Shown here in pieces: positions 11,935 to 51,939 of a DNA stretch of 64,000 bases; positions within the stretch are counted from its first letter, which is position 1; the number at the start of each line of letters is the position of its first letter. This stretch comes from Haliotis rufescens (Eukaryota): positions 22,568,001 to 22,632,000 of the forward strand of contig NW_025964361.1 in NCBI RefSeq assembly GCF_023055435.1, written 5' to 3'. Below the pieces are notes generated by a model. The model saw nothing but the letters and a program-made list of their open reading frames with translations, did no database searches and was not told where the DNA came from. The position numbers and the translations under genes were made by a program.

Positions 11935-13310
11935 GTACAACAGACGGACATTGCTCTGTGTAACAGACGGACATTGCTCTGTGTAACAGACGGCCATTGC
12001 TCTGTGTAACAGACGGACATTGCTCTGTGTAACAGACGGTCATTGCTCTGTGTAACAGACGGCCATTGCTCTGTGTAACAGACGGACATTGCTCTGTGTA
12101 ACAGACGGACACTGCCCTGTGTAACAGACGGACATTGCTCTGTGTAACAGACGGTCATTGCTCTGTGTAACAGACGGACATTGCTCTGTGTAACAGACGG
12201 ACATTGCTCTGTGTAACAGACGGATACTGTTCTGTGTAACAGACGGACACTGCTCTGTGTAACAGACGGACATTGCTCTGTGTAACAGACGGTCATTGCT
12301 CTGTGTAACAGACGGACATTGCTCTGTGTAACAGACGGTCATTGCTCTGTGTAACAGACGGACATTGCTCTGTGTAACAGACGGACATTGCTCTGTGTAA
12401 CAGACGGATACTGCTCTGTGTAACAGACGGACATTGCTCTGTGTAACAGACGGACACAGCTCTGTGTAACAGACGGACATTGCTCTGTGTAACAGACGGA
12501 CACTGCTCTGTGTAACAGACGGATACTGTTCTGTGTAACAGACGGACACTGCTCTGTGTAACAGACGGACATTGCTCTGTGTAACAGACGGACACAGCTC
12601 TGTGTAACAGACGGATACTGCTCTGTGTAACAGATGGATACTGTTCTGTGTAACAGACGGACACTGCTCTGTGTAACAGACGGACATTGCTCTGTGTAAC
12701 AGACGGACACAGCTCTGTGTAACAGACGGATACTGCTCTGTGTAACAGATGGACACTGCTCTGTGTAACAGATGGACACTGTTCTGTACAACAGACAGAC
12801 AACTACTCTGTGTAACAGACGGACACTGCTCTGTGTAACACATGGACACTGCCCTGTGTAACACATGGACACTGCTCTGTACAACAGACAGACAACTGCT
12901 CTGTGTAACAGACGGACACAGCTCTGTAACAAACGGACACTGCTCTGTGTAACAGATGGACACTGCCCTGTGTAACAGAGGGACACTGCTCTATAAAACA
13001 GACGGACACTGCTCTGTGTAACAGACGGACACTGTTCTGTATAACAGACGGACACTGTTCTGTATAACAGACAGACATTGCTCTGTACAACATACGGACA
13101 CTGTTCTGTATAACAGACGGACACTGTTCTGTATAACAGACAGACATTGCTCTGTACAACATACGGACACTGTTCTGTATAACAGACAGACACTGCTTTG
13201 TGTAACAGACGGACACTGACCTGTACACCAGACGGACACTGACCTGTACATCAGACGGACACTGACCTGTACATCAGATGGTCACTGCTCTGTACAACAG
13301 ACGTACACTA
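11935..13310. repeat. 23-bp minisatellite (CAGACGGACATTGCTCTGTGTAA), ~60 copies
   Basis: Directly visible; homogeneous on the left and more diverged on the right. It explains the overlapping 23-aa-period ORFs. Confidence 0.97.
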
Positions 13311-15819
13311 ACCTGTGTTATCATCACAGCAGAATAATCAAAGAAATGTTGGTGATTAACAAATGAATTAAATGTTCTTTAATGCAAAATAATATCGTGC
13401 ATAAATGAGTTTTGTGTTCACGCGGCTTTGAGTAGTGTTTCAGTTATATCATGGCATGTCAGCTTTATGTGTGAGGACATCCCGGAGAGGCGCAGATTGC
13501 AGACAGTTGCCACTTTCGTCAATCCCGCGAGCACGGACATGGTACCGAAAGACCAAGGCTCATAATCATGTCTTGGATTCGAACTCACGACCAGCTGAAT
13601 CTTAGGCTCCTGAGCCACCCTTGCACCCTCTCCCTAGGCGGATACCAAAATAAACATTCAGAAAAACACATGCTGCCTTGAAGAGGCCAAGTCTCGGATC
13701 ATGTTATAAGAAGTAATCAGAAAACCATAAAAACATACAAGGTTTCATAAACTGCACTTCAACCACCTTAAAATCGTTCGCACAAATTACTCTACAATCA
13801 CTCACTGAGCACGTCTGTGTTATAAGGTTACCTGACAGTGCGTTTAATATCGACCCCACTCTGAAGCCAAAAAGGCATTAATACGACCCTTAAAATTCCC
13901 TTGCTACCAATGTGTGAAGCGTTTTGTATATCAACATGCGCGTTCCGAGGTACAAAAGCCTGCGTTAATCCTTCTACAAGCAGAGTCTGAATGGAAAACG
14001 GGCGGGGATTTCACTATACAGAAGACATAGAGCCTCTCGTTTCTTCTGCCATCGTGTTTTCGTGATTTCACATACAGATTTCAATGGTAAATTCGGAGGC
14101 GCTTGACATTTTAGCATTTGATTACATGTTTGGAAACGTTTGGAATAATTGGTTTTAATGTGTAAGTAAATTAGCTGTAAGGAGATGAAAGAAACTCTGT
14201 TTGGAAACCGCTGTGTGATGAAGGTACGCGTGTACTAGTATGTGTAAACTTAGTGTTTACCTCACTTAGGAAGATACCTTCAGGTGAATAATTAAAACCC
14301 TATGTATATAATTAACCAATCAGTGTTAGTCAATAACAAATACTGCCTCGTTTTAATAAATGAAGATACAGAGATGAAATATGAAAATGGCGTGACAGTT
14401 ATCAAAATTAATGTTTGAATATTCAGTACAAACAGGCACACGCCTCTCCCTTGACTTGAATTACATGATGGTTTCTTTCTTCAAATTTGTTTTTAAGAAT
14501 CGGGTATTGTTTATTTCTCTTCATTGTTGTACTTGCATAAAACCCTCTCTGGTGTCCTTTTGGTAACAAAGTTTCAAATTTGCTTGTTCGTTTACTGTTT
14601 TTGTTTTGTTTTATTGTTTATGGTATTCTCAGACATTTAATGACATTTTATTGTAAGAAAACAGAGACTGGTCCATTCTAACACTACTTCAGTTCTCTTG
14701 TTATGGATCCTAAAACCGAAAAGTGGTTTTCCGACTCCCTGCGAACCGGTTCCGGTTTGGGTTGAATGATTTGATAATTATACATCCGGGTACTCATGCA
14801 GTTTCCCGGTCCGACACCAGCCCTTCTCCAATGACAACACCACCCCACATGGCCACCCCGTTGAAGCCCACCCATCAAGTCCCCCAACCCTCAACACATA
14901 TTAAACCTTACCCCGCCAACAGATTAATCGTATACCCGACCATGTAAGCTGTTCCTAATGGCAATTCTCAATATTCCCCTTGACGCCTCATAAGGGTTGT
15001 TATCGCTATTCACCTCGCCGCCTCTTATTTCATTAAGAAATACCATAAATTCATCCATTTATCCAAATTGCTCACTGAACTGTAAACAAGCTCATTCAGA
15101 TTGCCCTGCCCCATCGCCCCCAAACAACATTAAATGACATCCTTCGCTCGAAAGTCTTACAAGTTTGAGAACTTGTGTAAACGTGTATCATTATCTGACA
15201 GGTAATATGACTGGTATGTACAAGGCCTGTATATTTAGGGGGGAGAAATCGAAACTACGTATGGCGGTGGTTTTCCTTACTTTTTGAAGTCGATCAACTC
15301 TTTACAAAGATCGTAGAGTGCCTTAACGTTAATTGAGAAACATGGATGTCGTGGTCGATAGAAAACCGATCAAGACGTCAACACTATTGTGTGTCTGTCA
15401 GGCAACAGAAGCAGGGATTATATTCTTAGTTCGCCTATAGAACTTCCCTCGAAGTGATCACTCATTTACACAACAGTTAAGCCTGGTATCTATAACTTTA
15501 CAAATTATAATACTGGTTCGGGATTAGCTCGGCGTGTCCGCATTGTTTAGCGTTGGAGAGTGAAGCGCCGTGGCGGTTTGATGGTCACTGATGTGATGTC
15601 TGTTTATGGCAACTTAGCTGCAAACAACACATAGAAAGAAAGAGTTATTTATTATAGGGATGTTTTTGCTAACTAGAACTGTCATATTTTACAGAGATGG
15701 GAACATCTAAAACATATTATAAAAGATACTGGCAGTGTTAATATACCTTATAACAATAATTAGATCTAGGGTACAGGTTTCTCTGACATGTCGGATGCTT
15801 CATATAGGAGCTTTTGATT

Positions 15820-16092
15820 GAGCGAGTGAGTGAGTGAGTGAGTGAGTTTTGTTTAACGCCGCTTTGACCTGTATTTCAGTCATATCACAGCGTGTCTGGG
15901 GCTTCATGAGGTAGAAAAAAGAATGTCATACGTTTGCCATCTTTAGCAGACAGCACGATGTGGTTCTGAGAAACCAAGAAACATAACAAGGGCGAGTATG
16001 GGATTCGAACCTACAGTGATAGGTTCTGTCACGCCCAAGGAATTCAACTCTGTACAGCACGTTACGGTGCTTTAGACAACTGTACTACCCGC
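15820..16092 (-). mobile_element. Old, degenerate SINE family A copy
   Basis: (GTGA)n tail, GTTTAACGCCGCTTT and GGGATTCGAACC are recognisable. Similar degenerate copies at 6716-6973, 13405-13627, 36478-36650 and 39865-40050. Confidence 0.65.
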
Positions 16093-17917
16093 TCTGCTCA
16101 GTCATCTAACACGCCTAGATTGGAGTTACAGAGTTGAGTCCGCCAGGCGTGAGTTGGGTTTGACGCTTTTAGCAATATTCCAGCATCATGGCGGCTGTCT
16201 CCCGCATTTACAGAGAATCACAGTGGAGACATTTGGTTCAATCTTGAAGGACACAGACGTGCGTGTTATATTCATAAATTGTGTTTTTCTGTTATTTCAG
16301 TCATAACTCTACAATTGATGTATTGCTCAAACGGACAACGTCGTAAAGTGACCTATGGATATTTTGGTTGTCAATGACAATTTAATATTACAAATTAAAT
16401 CAACTATCCTCCAATTTTAACCCATCCCCATCTTTCTTGTATCTATCGACTGTACACAGTATGTAACATTTAAGTTGGTATGCTTCTCAAGTGAACGTTA
16501 AACACAAACATGTACAGAATAGCGTGAGTTCCAGAACCCTTACGTAAGACGTGTAAGATCATGTTGCGTTGTTCTATAATACATGATTGTGTTCACTGCA
16601 GAGGATGGTTGACAGTGTGCGTTAGATCGTCCTTTTGTTATATTATAAGAATGAAACTTGACTTCGATTTCAACTCCTAACGAATGCAATGAAATAAACG
16701 CTAAACCGACCAGGTTAAAATAGCGCCATCAAAAATTTAACAAATCAAAATCTCATGAACAGTTTCCCCGCATGTATCGATAGTATAAGCTTAACATAAG
16801 TACCTGGTTCAATATTTATCACCAGTTTTTAACACACGCTACGAGAAGAGCCACTCAAACTTGCAGAGAAGGTTTATTTAAACTAACAACGCTTAAGACA
16901 CCCTTCTGAGCAGCCACACAGAGAGAGAATGCATGTTCAGACGTCGGCATAACCTCTTCATGGTTTCTGTAGAGAGAGTGCAGTCATATCACACAGGTCA
17001 GGGATATTTGAAGCGACATTATAACACACGTGACTTGGACTTGGAGGGTGCCCTCGCTACCTGGGTGAGACACTTGTGTGTCTCATCTGTCTCTCGGAGA
17101 TAGGGCCCCCAGGGGGTGCAGGGGGTCTCGAGGAACGCTGTCAGATCCCCTTAATCCCCGCGTTCTTATGATAATCGTGGAAACTATCTAGAGATGGGTG
17201 CAACTCACAATGGGGGAGGAAATTCGTGTTTAAATGGTGTTTGATGTTTATTTGTTTAAATGTTTGTACTGTGGAGTGTTCTTACTGTTTATGTTTGTTT
17301 TGACAACCTATTGATAATGAGTCAGTGAGTGATACCGTACTGTTATCAATAAGTTACATTCTAGCACTTGTAGTTGTTGTTTTCCGTTCGTTCTTTGTTA
17401 CACGTTAATGGTTTAATTCATGTGTTCGCCCACTCACTACCTCACTCACACCAACCTACCTACCTGCACACCCATTCATTCATCTACCGATCCATCCATA
17501 TTCTATCTGCAGCTACACCCACCTACCAATTTTCCATATCCTGTGTAAAAACTTAGCAGGTAATGACATCTTACCCAGCCTGCCAGTGATATTGATGACG
17601 TTTATTGCATGTCTATAGCCAAGCCATCGGTCACGGCCTTCACATCCTATGAAGACCACCATGTCTGGTTACTTCCAGTGTGTGTACAACCCGGACACAC
17701 GTTGTATTGCACTCATTACCTATCCCGGCCAAGTCTCGGCGTTTTGGCAATAGGTTATTAAAGCCATTATGAGAATATATGAGGTCAATATTGTTCTTAT
17801 AAGATGTCCCTGACTATAAAATGTGAGGTATAGTCGTCTTTGATGCTAGAAACAATGTACATATGTATTGGAAACAACACACCCATACAGCAAATATCCG
17901 ATTATTGATTACGAGTT

Positions 17918-18076
17918 GGTGAATGAGTATGGTTTTACGCCGCTTTAGCGATATTCCAGCAATATCACAACGCGGGACACCAGAAATGGGCTTCACACAT
18001 TGTACCCATGTGAAGAATCAACCCTTGGTTTTCGGCGTGCAGCGCACCCTTTAACCACTAGGCTACCCCACCGCCC
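17918..18076 (-). mobile_element. Short tRNA-derived SINE family D (~160 bp)
   Basis: The minus strand reads GGGCGGTGGGGTAGCCTAGTGGTTAAAG...GTGAAGCCCATTTCTGGTGTCCC..GATATTGCTGGAATATCGCTAAAGCGGCGTAAAAC. Related copies at 39206-39352(+), 28290-28422 and 9765-9910. Confidence 0.75.
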
Positions 18077-18902
18077 TTATCGATTATGATAATTATTGTT
18101 ATATGAAACAGCAATATGCTTCGTGGATAAATGAAACGGGGTAAACAGATGATAAATATAGATACCCGAATCTGGAATTTATGTTTTACCTCTAAATCAG
18201 GTTTGGATTATGATGACCTGATAAAGTTGTTTCAGTTTCGCCATTATATTCAGCACGCTAATACTGATTTATTTAAATAATTGCACAATACAACAAAAGT
18301 ATTTTCTATATAACTTGAACGATATTGATTCATCTATTGAGATCATATTGTATATTAATCATAGCTCTTCTTTAAATATTCGGTTCAATTTTGAATAAAT
18401 CTATTTACATCCGAACAGTATAAAGGATTATTGTAAAAAAAACAACTGTTGTCAACCTGTTGAACGTTTCTTTAGGAAAAGAAAAACAACGTGTGCTAAA
18501 AGGTCAGGTGATTTTGAACGAAATCACTGAAAGATATTTTTTTAATTTCTGGTTTACTGCTTTTATTTGCCCGTGGTGCCCTAGAAACCCACAACATGCC
18601 CAAACAGTGTCTCCTATTTACAGTAGCAACCACTCAACCGCTTCCTACCTGTCCCATTCCAATATTTGTCAATAACCCCCACTGATATATTCCTGCGCCA
18701 CTCAAGTGTACATCCTAATCGAAGTATTCCCACTATCATTCTTTTAAAGTACAATGAAAACAGCCGGGGCACATTTCTAATACTATGTAGAAAAAACCCG
18801 TATTTAATATGTAATGAAATTAAACTTATTACACATTTTATAACTGGGACTATATCTTTACAGGCAGTACTGTGGTAAGTGATCTGAGCGGGTAGTGGGA
18901 GG

Positions 18903-18909
18903 TATAAAA
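18903..18909 (+). promoter_or_regulatory. TATA box of the beta-tubulin gene
   Basis: TATAAAA 90 bp upstream of the ATG, preceded by G-rich GGGTAGTGGGAGG. Confidence 0.65.
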
Positions 18910-18992
18910 CACGGGTATCAACTAACACGAACTGTGGTTGAGGAGATTTGATATTTACAGCTGAGGCGTGTGGTCGGAACACAACAGTAGTC

Positions 18993-44461
<25,469 letters not shown>

Positions 44462-44715
44462 AAAGTCACATGATCACCGAGTTTCTTTGAGAAAGACACT
44501 GACCATCCGTCCAAGACTTGTTAATATCTGTTGACATTCCACTCATATTTATAGAAGTACATTTATTTACAAAATTGGTATAGCCTGCCGAAACATGTTA
44601 GCTGTGTTGTAGAAAGACTCTGTGCTGGTAACAATTGATAACAATAGGCAGTTTCGTTAGTTTTCATAACTTATCAGTTTTGTCTTAATATATTCGTCAG
44701 CTACGCAATATTAAC

Positions 44716-44721
44716 ATTAAA
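44716..44721 (+). terminator. Putative tubulin poly(A) signal ATTAAA
   Basis: Lies 255 nt after the stop and is followed by GT/T-rich sequence. Confidence 0.5.
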
Positions 44722-46571
44722 ACAATAACTGATGCCCCCTCATTGTGTTTGTTTTCCATGTTTTTAATGTTGTTGTTTGTTTGCTGTCTAACGCCGTACT
44801 CAGCAGTATTCCAGCTTTACAAATGGCGATCTGTAAATAATCGTGTCTGGACCAGACAATCCAGTGATTGACATCACGAGCACGATCTACGCAGTTGGGA
44901 TACGTGTCGTAGTTTCTTTCGGCACGTGCAAGTGCAACATTGCTACAGCAAGTTTGCGTATAGCGAACTCGATATTGTAGTTAGAACCATACTTTTACAT
45001 TGTGAGTTGGTGAGTGAATCTGGTTTAAAGTCGGTTGAACAGTGCCGTTAATTCACTGTTTGTTGTTTCACGCCGCACTCAGAAATAATCGAGTCTGGAC
45101 CAGACAATCCAGTGATTGACATCATGAGCATCGATCCACACAAATGGGATCAATGACAGGCATCAACCGAGTCCATACCATACCCGTGCTCGTGGGTTTC
45201 ACCAAAATAGTAAACGTCTGAGACCTACATCAATTTGGGCTGTCCTCCCACTTTAAGCTGACACGTCGTGATATAACTAAAATACTGTTCAGAGCGGCGC
45301 TGAACCCAACTCACTCACTTTACACTGCTCGTAGCTTTGACATGTATTGTTTATCAGCCATGTCAAGGATCAATGTCAAAGTTGTCTTGCAATAGACATG
45401 CGCTTCCTCAAACGGAAGTGATGTCCTTATACCGGAAATTATTAAGATGGTTGGAGGAATGGGACTTTCCGTTTTAAAGTCGCACTGCATTCAATCTGAA
45501 TTGACGCCATTTAAAATGGAGGGGGTTGTAACTTTCTTATTAATGTAGCAAGGAGGATAGGGGTTTCTTGTTTAAAATTGTACAGCATTTGGCGTGTGCA
45601 ATTATAAGACTGAAAGTGATGCCATCGGAGAGTCAAATCCTTTAGGTACCTTCTCAGGGTAGCTAGAGGCAAGGTGAGGTGATATGGGTTCAAGATTATC
45701 GCACCTATGTAGCGACGTGCATGCATGTATGCCGCAGTGTAACACGAATACCCCACTCAGACACAGTATACTGACTCCGAGCCAACCAGTCCCTGTTTTA
45801 GCCCCTTAATGACCCATTCTGCTATGCACTCGGCAATCAGTTCTTTAAGAAAGTGTTGATGCAGAGTATCAAGTATATAGAGCAGTCTGGACGGTACACA
45901 AGGTGTACACAGTTATGTGTCGATGAACCCATTACACTATAAACTGGTACTTGTGCTTAATTTCCGGTGGGAAGTAGATCACAGTAATACAGTTTAATCC
46001 TTAAAACTTGATAATTATTGAACATTACAACAATTAACTGTACTCAACTGACGGATAAAGATTGGCCTGATAACGCTGAGTTACTAATTATTAATCTGGA
46101 CACCTGAGCAGAGGGCGATGTAATCAGACATCTCCCCTGACATCAAAAGTTGGAATAGATAAACTAAAACGGAAACTCGAAGAACTAATAGCGAACCCTG
46201 TTGAGCCTGGTCTTCCAGGACATAAAATGTGGAATGGTTAAGTACAAAACTTCAAAAACTATACACGTGATACAACTGTGAACGTTGATATATTTAATAA
46301 TGAACAAACGGTAGAAGGTATCGGTAGTTGTAAAGTTAACAAAGAAGATGGTAATTGATGATGAGAGCCGCGGAAGGATGTCACGTCACAGTGCTACGAG
46401 CCATGGGGCCTGCGTGTCCTTCCACACAGCGAACTAAGCGCTGAGACGATCGTAACTCCCATATTTAAGAACAGACTTACGACATTTGTAGGTCAAAGAC
46501 CACTTTGTAGAACGGTTCCTGCAGCTGCTTGGACCACTAGCTCAAAACTATGGTAAGTCAATATCAGATTA

Positions 46572-46833
46572 GGTTGGTGGTTAGTTGTTTAACGCCAAAC
46601 CCAGCAATGATCCAGGTATATGACGGCGATCTGTAAATAATCGAGTCTGGACCAGACAATTCAGTGATTGACATCATGAGCATCGATCCACACACATGGG
46701 ATCAATGACATGCATCACCCGAGTCCACGAGGCTGACCGCCCGATCTTGTTAGTCGCCTATTACGACAAGCACAGTCGCCTTTTACGGCAAACATTGGTA
46801 GCTAAAGACATATTCTTCCCCGTATCTTCACGG
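46572..46833 (-). mobile_element. SINE family B copy
   Basis: Reverse complement of the family-B body. Confidence 0.8.
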
Positions 46834-48545
46834 ATGTCAATGTCAGAGGATTGGAGCTACGATCGTCGTAGCTATGGTCGCTTTGTGCTGACCTGCACGT
46901 GTGAATCGTACTGATAGAGACTCTATGTCAAAGATCAAGATTATCACACATAATTTATGATAATAAATATGTATGCTTCGCTATGGCCGTTTTGTCACTA
47001 TAAAACATCCTGTTTCCCGTGGTTGAAATTTCCCACCCCGGAACAAATAACACCAAAAGATAAATTTGCCAAACATTACATGTGTGTCAAAGTACTTTGT
47101 TACAAATCAAAGGTATTATTTGATTAGATAAAGATATTTCTTTTATCCCGAGGGATATAGCAGATTAGTTATGCACTCAAAGTTACGTTTGATTAAATAA
47201 ACATCGCAGCTCGGAGTGAACCTGTGCTATTCATGCTAACTCGTGTAAATGGATTACAGAGGACTGGTGGAACCTACTTGTTTTTGGCACACGCAGTTAG
47301 CGTCCAGAAAGTAAAATATATGTTCATGTGCAGATATGACTATTGTCGTTAAGTACATGTATTTAACATGATTATTTCATTATTTGTGAGACATAGACGT
47401 TCTTCGGAATGTGAAATCCAACCCAGACTCTCAGGCGTGACGAGAGAACACTTCGACCAATAGCCTACCAAGCCTAGGCCATAACCAATAAATTATAAGT
47501 TTATCATCCCCACGCACCTCTATCAAACACCTCGCTTCGGTTCAATCCCATTCTGACTACAACCCATTGTGCCTACAGAAAATAATATAAGCAAATTTGG
47601 TACTCAGCTTCATCCCTATTTATGTAAATGGACTGAATCACTATTGTTTGACTCATTTTTAAAAATATATGTTGCCCAATCAAGTCAGGCTTGTGCTGTT
47701 ACAGCTTTCTTCACATCAATTTATTTTCCCCAACTACCCCCAGAAGGCGAATATGTCAATGTTTGTTTAGGTCTTTGTTTATTTGATGAAATACACCATA
47801 AACAATGTACGTACATATAGTCGTACAACATATGCAAGCTGCTTGTGCAATATATCCGTTGCCGGTTAATGTTCTCGAACAGTCTGTTTAAAAACATAAA
47901 TATGACAGAAGTAGAAATATAGAAAGACTGTCGCCTCACATTATCAAAACATTGCTTGCAAATGTAATGATTATTGCTGCCTCAGCTGCCTCAGCTGTAA
48001 CGACGGAGGTACAGTGAACCGGCATATCTTATTGGGGAAATTGATGCCAAATTCTGTACGTGTATACAGGACGAGACTAATAATACATCATTACATGTTG
48101 TATTCCGTAATAATTCCGAATGTTACGTAGTAATGTCCTTTGTATATGTGTAAAACGGGGATTCCAGATTAACCATATCCGGACTGACGCTGTTTACTCT
48201 ATATGCCACGAAATTAAGGTTTATGAACCGAATCACTGTAAAACTCGAAACTATCAAAACGTAGGTCTTAAACTTTCTCAGAATTGAGGAGCTCAATCTT
48301 ATCTAGCCATGTTTCAGATAATGTTTTCGTTCCTCACGCCGTCTCAAGATACGCTGATTTATATTCTTTAAAGGCCAGGTTGTACATGGATCCAAGGGGC
48401 ATAACTCCCCAAGGTCATATTTCATAGGATCAAACCAAACGTTCTCTTGCACGTGCGGCACGAGGACCACGCACACGTCACACACGTTCGCTGGCAATCT
48501 GATAAGTGTTTTGAGTATGCCCAGGTTAACATCGATAATCTGTAA

Positions 48546-49217
48546 TCGCTTCAGTTCGTTCAGATTACGCTAGGGGGCGCTGTGAATGTCACAAAGGTCA
48601 AGATTTAACCTTGACTTTTACATTTGGCTGATGCGATATCTGCTCTCCTTGGTTTGGCAGCGATATCCCAATGCTTCTCCAATGTAATTGCCTTTAAATG
48701 ATACCCATTCCGGCAAAGATAATTTTTTCATCGTTTCGTATACATAGCACCTTGCTGTATAGAATGTGTTATTTCCAATTAAACCTACCTTTCAGTGCCA
48801 GTATATGTAAGATTAGTTTATACCAGGTTTAGAGCAATGCTCTGAAAATATGTGTTTAGGTATTGAAAGCGTCTAGAAATGTGTTTAAGTCCTACACGGA
48901 ATTAATGTTTCACGTACTTAATCTAAATGTGTTTTGGACTTAGCACGTGAATAGGGGGCTACGGGTAGCCCAGTCGTCTGAGGCGCCGCAATTCGCTGTG
49001 GAGAGTTGCGTCCCCTGGGTACGCCAGAAACCTGTGGTTGTGGCCCCGATTATGTTTCTAGGTTTGTCAGCACCATACCCGTGCTCGTGGGTTTACCGAA
49101 GTGGTAAACGTCTGACACCTGCATCACTTCGGGCTTTCCTCCCACATCAAGCTGACACGCCGCGATATAACTGGAATACTGTTAAAAGCGGGGTTAAACC
49201 CAACTCATTCACTCACT
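48546..49217 (+). repeat. Second copy of the 380-bp plus SINE A composite (SINE at 48954-49217)
   Basis: See 43067-43708. Confidence 0.9.
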
Positions 49218-49499
49218 AGCTCGTTAATAAACACAAACTCTCAAAAATCTTAACATGTTTAGATTTTTTAAAACATATTGATGACAAATTGATTCTGTTT
49301 TGAGTACTGTTCAATTTATTAATGACATGTACTTATGATTTGTGATAGTGCTTTGCATTTACGTCACGCTCACAAATATTTCATCACGTGAAGATCGGGG
49401 TAAGAATGGGCCATCAGCAACCCATGCTTGTCGTAAGAGGCGACAAACGGGATCGGATGGTCAGGTTCGTCAGGGTTTAAAACAACACTCGAGGAGCTC

Positions 49500-50199
49500 A
49501 TATGTCTTGTCTTGCCAACAGGAAGAGGAAATACTCCCACCTGCACAAACGAATCTGGTCAAATGTGCTGTTTTGTCCAACGGAATGAAATATCTAGTCC
49601 TTTGCTTCTCTACCCAGACTATTATTCTTGGTGATGCGAAGTTACTTTACACAAGCCGAGCTGTCTGGCTGCCATCCAGTCAGAGAACTCTGACCAGCGA
49701 CGTGCCCATGTCCATTTTATACAGGGTAGCCTATCCACCCATCTAAGAAACATACTTATATGAAGGACGTCAAACGCTATCTCTATGTTGCACCCATGAC
49801 CAGAGATGGCCTACAAGGGAACATATCCTCATACCTCGTGACGTTCTTGACGGCCTGTTGACACCCTGGAGTTGTGCATCCAACTCAAGCCCCTGACTCG
49901 ACCTCGTAGAGTGCTACTGGTTGACCCTGTCCCTGGCATCACACCTCTCATTAATGGGAGAGATGCTGAGTTGCGGATTCTTCCAGATTGATAAACAATG
50001 AACGCGAATAACAATGTGTCTTTTGGGCTATTTCCTGGAAGGGAGGTAACGAGTGGTATGACGCTATTGGCGTCCGATTGACTGTTTTTCGTCTTCTTTA
50101 TATTTAGGAATTTCCAAGAATGCTGCCATAGCAGGTGAGGTGAAATGGGATTTAAAGTCGCTTTCAAGATTATTACTTATTATAGAGCGATGTGCATGC

Positions 50200-50253
<54 letters not shown>

Positions 50254-51310
50254 GGGCTAATGCCGATTTTATAGTGCTAGCCCACTGAGATAGCATGCTG
50301 CAGTTTAACATGAATACCCTACTCAGACACAGTATGCTGACTCCGAGCCGACCAGTCCTTGTTTCAGCCCTTTAATGCCGAGCGCCAGGCAGGGTAACAA
50401 CAAGTACATTCTTTTGGTTTGGCGCCTCAAAACTTCCGCTCTGCGGGCAGACTCTCTATCCACTATACCACGGAGGCGGTCTCATTGAGTTAAGAAGTGA
50501 TTGAGGTTAATACGTCCTGGCTGTTTTTACACAATGGACACACCTTTGTTGAGGTTGAGGTTCTTTTCGAGTTAGGTAACTGACGGGTAGTGAAGTCTTG
50601 AAGTGAGAGTTCTCATGATCTTGACTCTTCGGACGTACGGACCCCGTCCAGAAGAGACGTCAACGCCTGATCTCCGGTGTAATAGAGGATGACGTTCTTG
50701 AACGTAACTCTGAGCCATCACGCTGTTCTTGGTGGAGGAAGTGGAGCCATGTGAGAACGATGACGTTCTCCCGCGGAGGAGTCAGTCCGTCGTCTTCCTC
50801 CATGTTGTTGCCATGATGTGTTACACCTCCGTCCAGACGCAGGAGATGATCTTCCGCACATGCTGACACGCTCTAAGTCCTCGGGCTTTTCATCGGGTTG
50901 AAGTTGGATATCACTGTCAAGGAAATGCCCATCTGACGATTGGAATCCGTAGTGGAGACGTATAGTCTGCCAGATATTCTCAATGGCAATAGAGGTTTCT
51001 GCTGGTTCAACTCCCCCGCCGTCATCGACGAAGCGTCGTAGCGGTGTACCACGAGTTGTCTTGCCCTATGTTGCGGCAGCAACGAGAAAGGGATCCAGTG
51101 AGAGTGTATACACTAATTTTTGTCTCCAATTTTCAAAGGGATAGACCGTCTCAGTCTTCGACAAACACCACTGCTTAGGGGTGCGAGGTGTGTTAACCCT
51201 GCTGTCTGTCGAACGATGATACAATCAGTGTCAGTTTCCCGTACAATATGAGACGGACTGATTGCTCATGTGTCTATATCGACGGGGGTCGACCAACGCT
51301 GCCACCACGC
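49500..51310 (-). mobile_element. Decayed Gypsy-like LTR retrotransposon remnant (gag-like region, putative PBS)
   Basis: Minus-strand fragments [43 protein letters not shown] and [27 protein letters not shown] resemble a gag-like region of invertebrate LTR elements (recalled, not searched). PBS-like TGGTGGCAGCG at 51297-51307. Interrupted by a V-SINE. Confidence 0.6.
50135..50481 (-). mobile_element. V-SINE-like family C copy with (GT)n tract
   Basis: Reverse complement of the 3395-3672 body; (TG)n at 50200-50251. Confidence 0.8.
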
Positions 51311-51939
51311 CAGTTAGGTAAGGTACAACAACAAAAACACTTCAAATATAGACAGTGGCAGCGATCGTAACATACAAACATGGCGGCCGGCACAGGCCGT
51401 TGCTGAGCAACCATAATGTTTTCCTGAAACTAATACTAAGCGGTAATGGCGCCTTATAAGAGCCAATTCTCTACAACCATATTGTCTTAAAACCCAATGA
51501 GCTAACGAGCCCTTTATAAGAGAAAATATCATCTACTACCATTTTGTCATATGAGTAACAGGCTGCCTAATAACGGCCTCAAACAATAGAAATGTTCTCC
51601 ATCACCGCCGTATTAGAGGCGCCATGGCTACTCCATTTATAAAGAATTAGGGTATGCTGTAGACAGAATAACTGTAAAAAGCAACAGCGACTCTATGATA
51701 ACGGCAATGCACCATGGTTTAAAATGCGTTCCAGAGTGTGTGTTTCTAAACGTGTTAAGAATTGACTGCTACTTGAACGAAACTTCACATTGCCAAGTGG
51801 ATATTTCCGAGTGTACGAAGCACTCCTGCACTTCGTATTAAGCAATACCGCCAAGACGAACCAAACACAACAACATGTTTGTCTTCGAAATTATGGTCAT
51901 TAAATACATTTTCAGAATTGGACATCTTGTTTTCACTGG

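Noticed and set aside
11861-13251. Multiple overlapping Cys-rich ORFs
   Set aside because: Artefacts of a stop-poor 23-bp minisatellite.
16550-17026. Possible solo LTR (TGTTATA...TATAACA)
   Set aside because: No matching target-site duplication and no second copy.
18400-18990. RFX X-box expected for a ciliary tubulin promoter
   Set aside because: No convincing X-box in the proximal promoter. The best X-box-like match (GTTTCCATGGCTAC, ~55037) is far away in the PVF 3' region.
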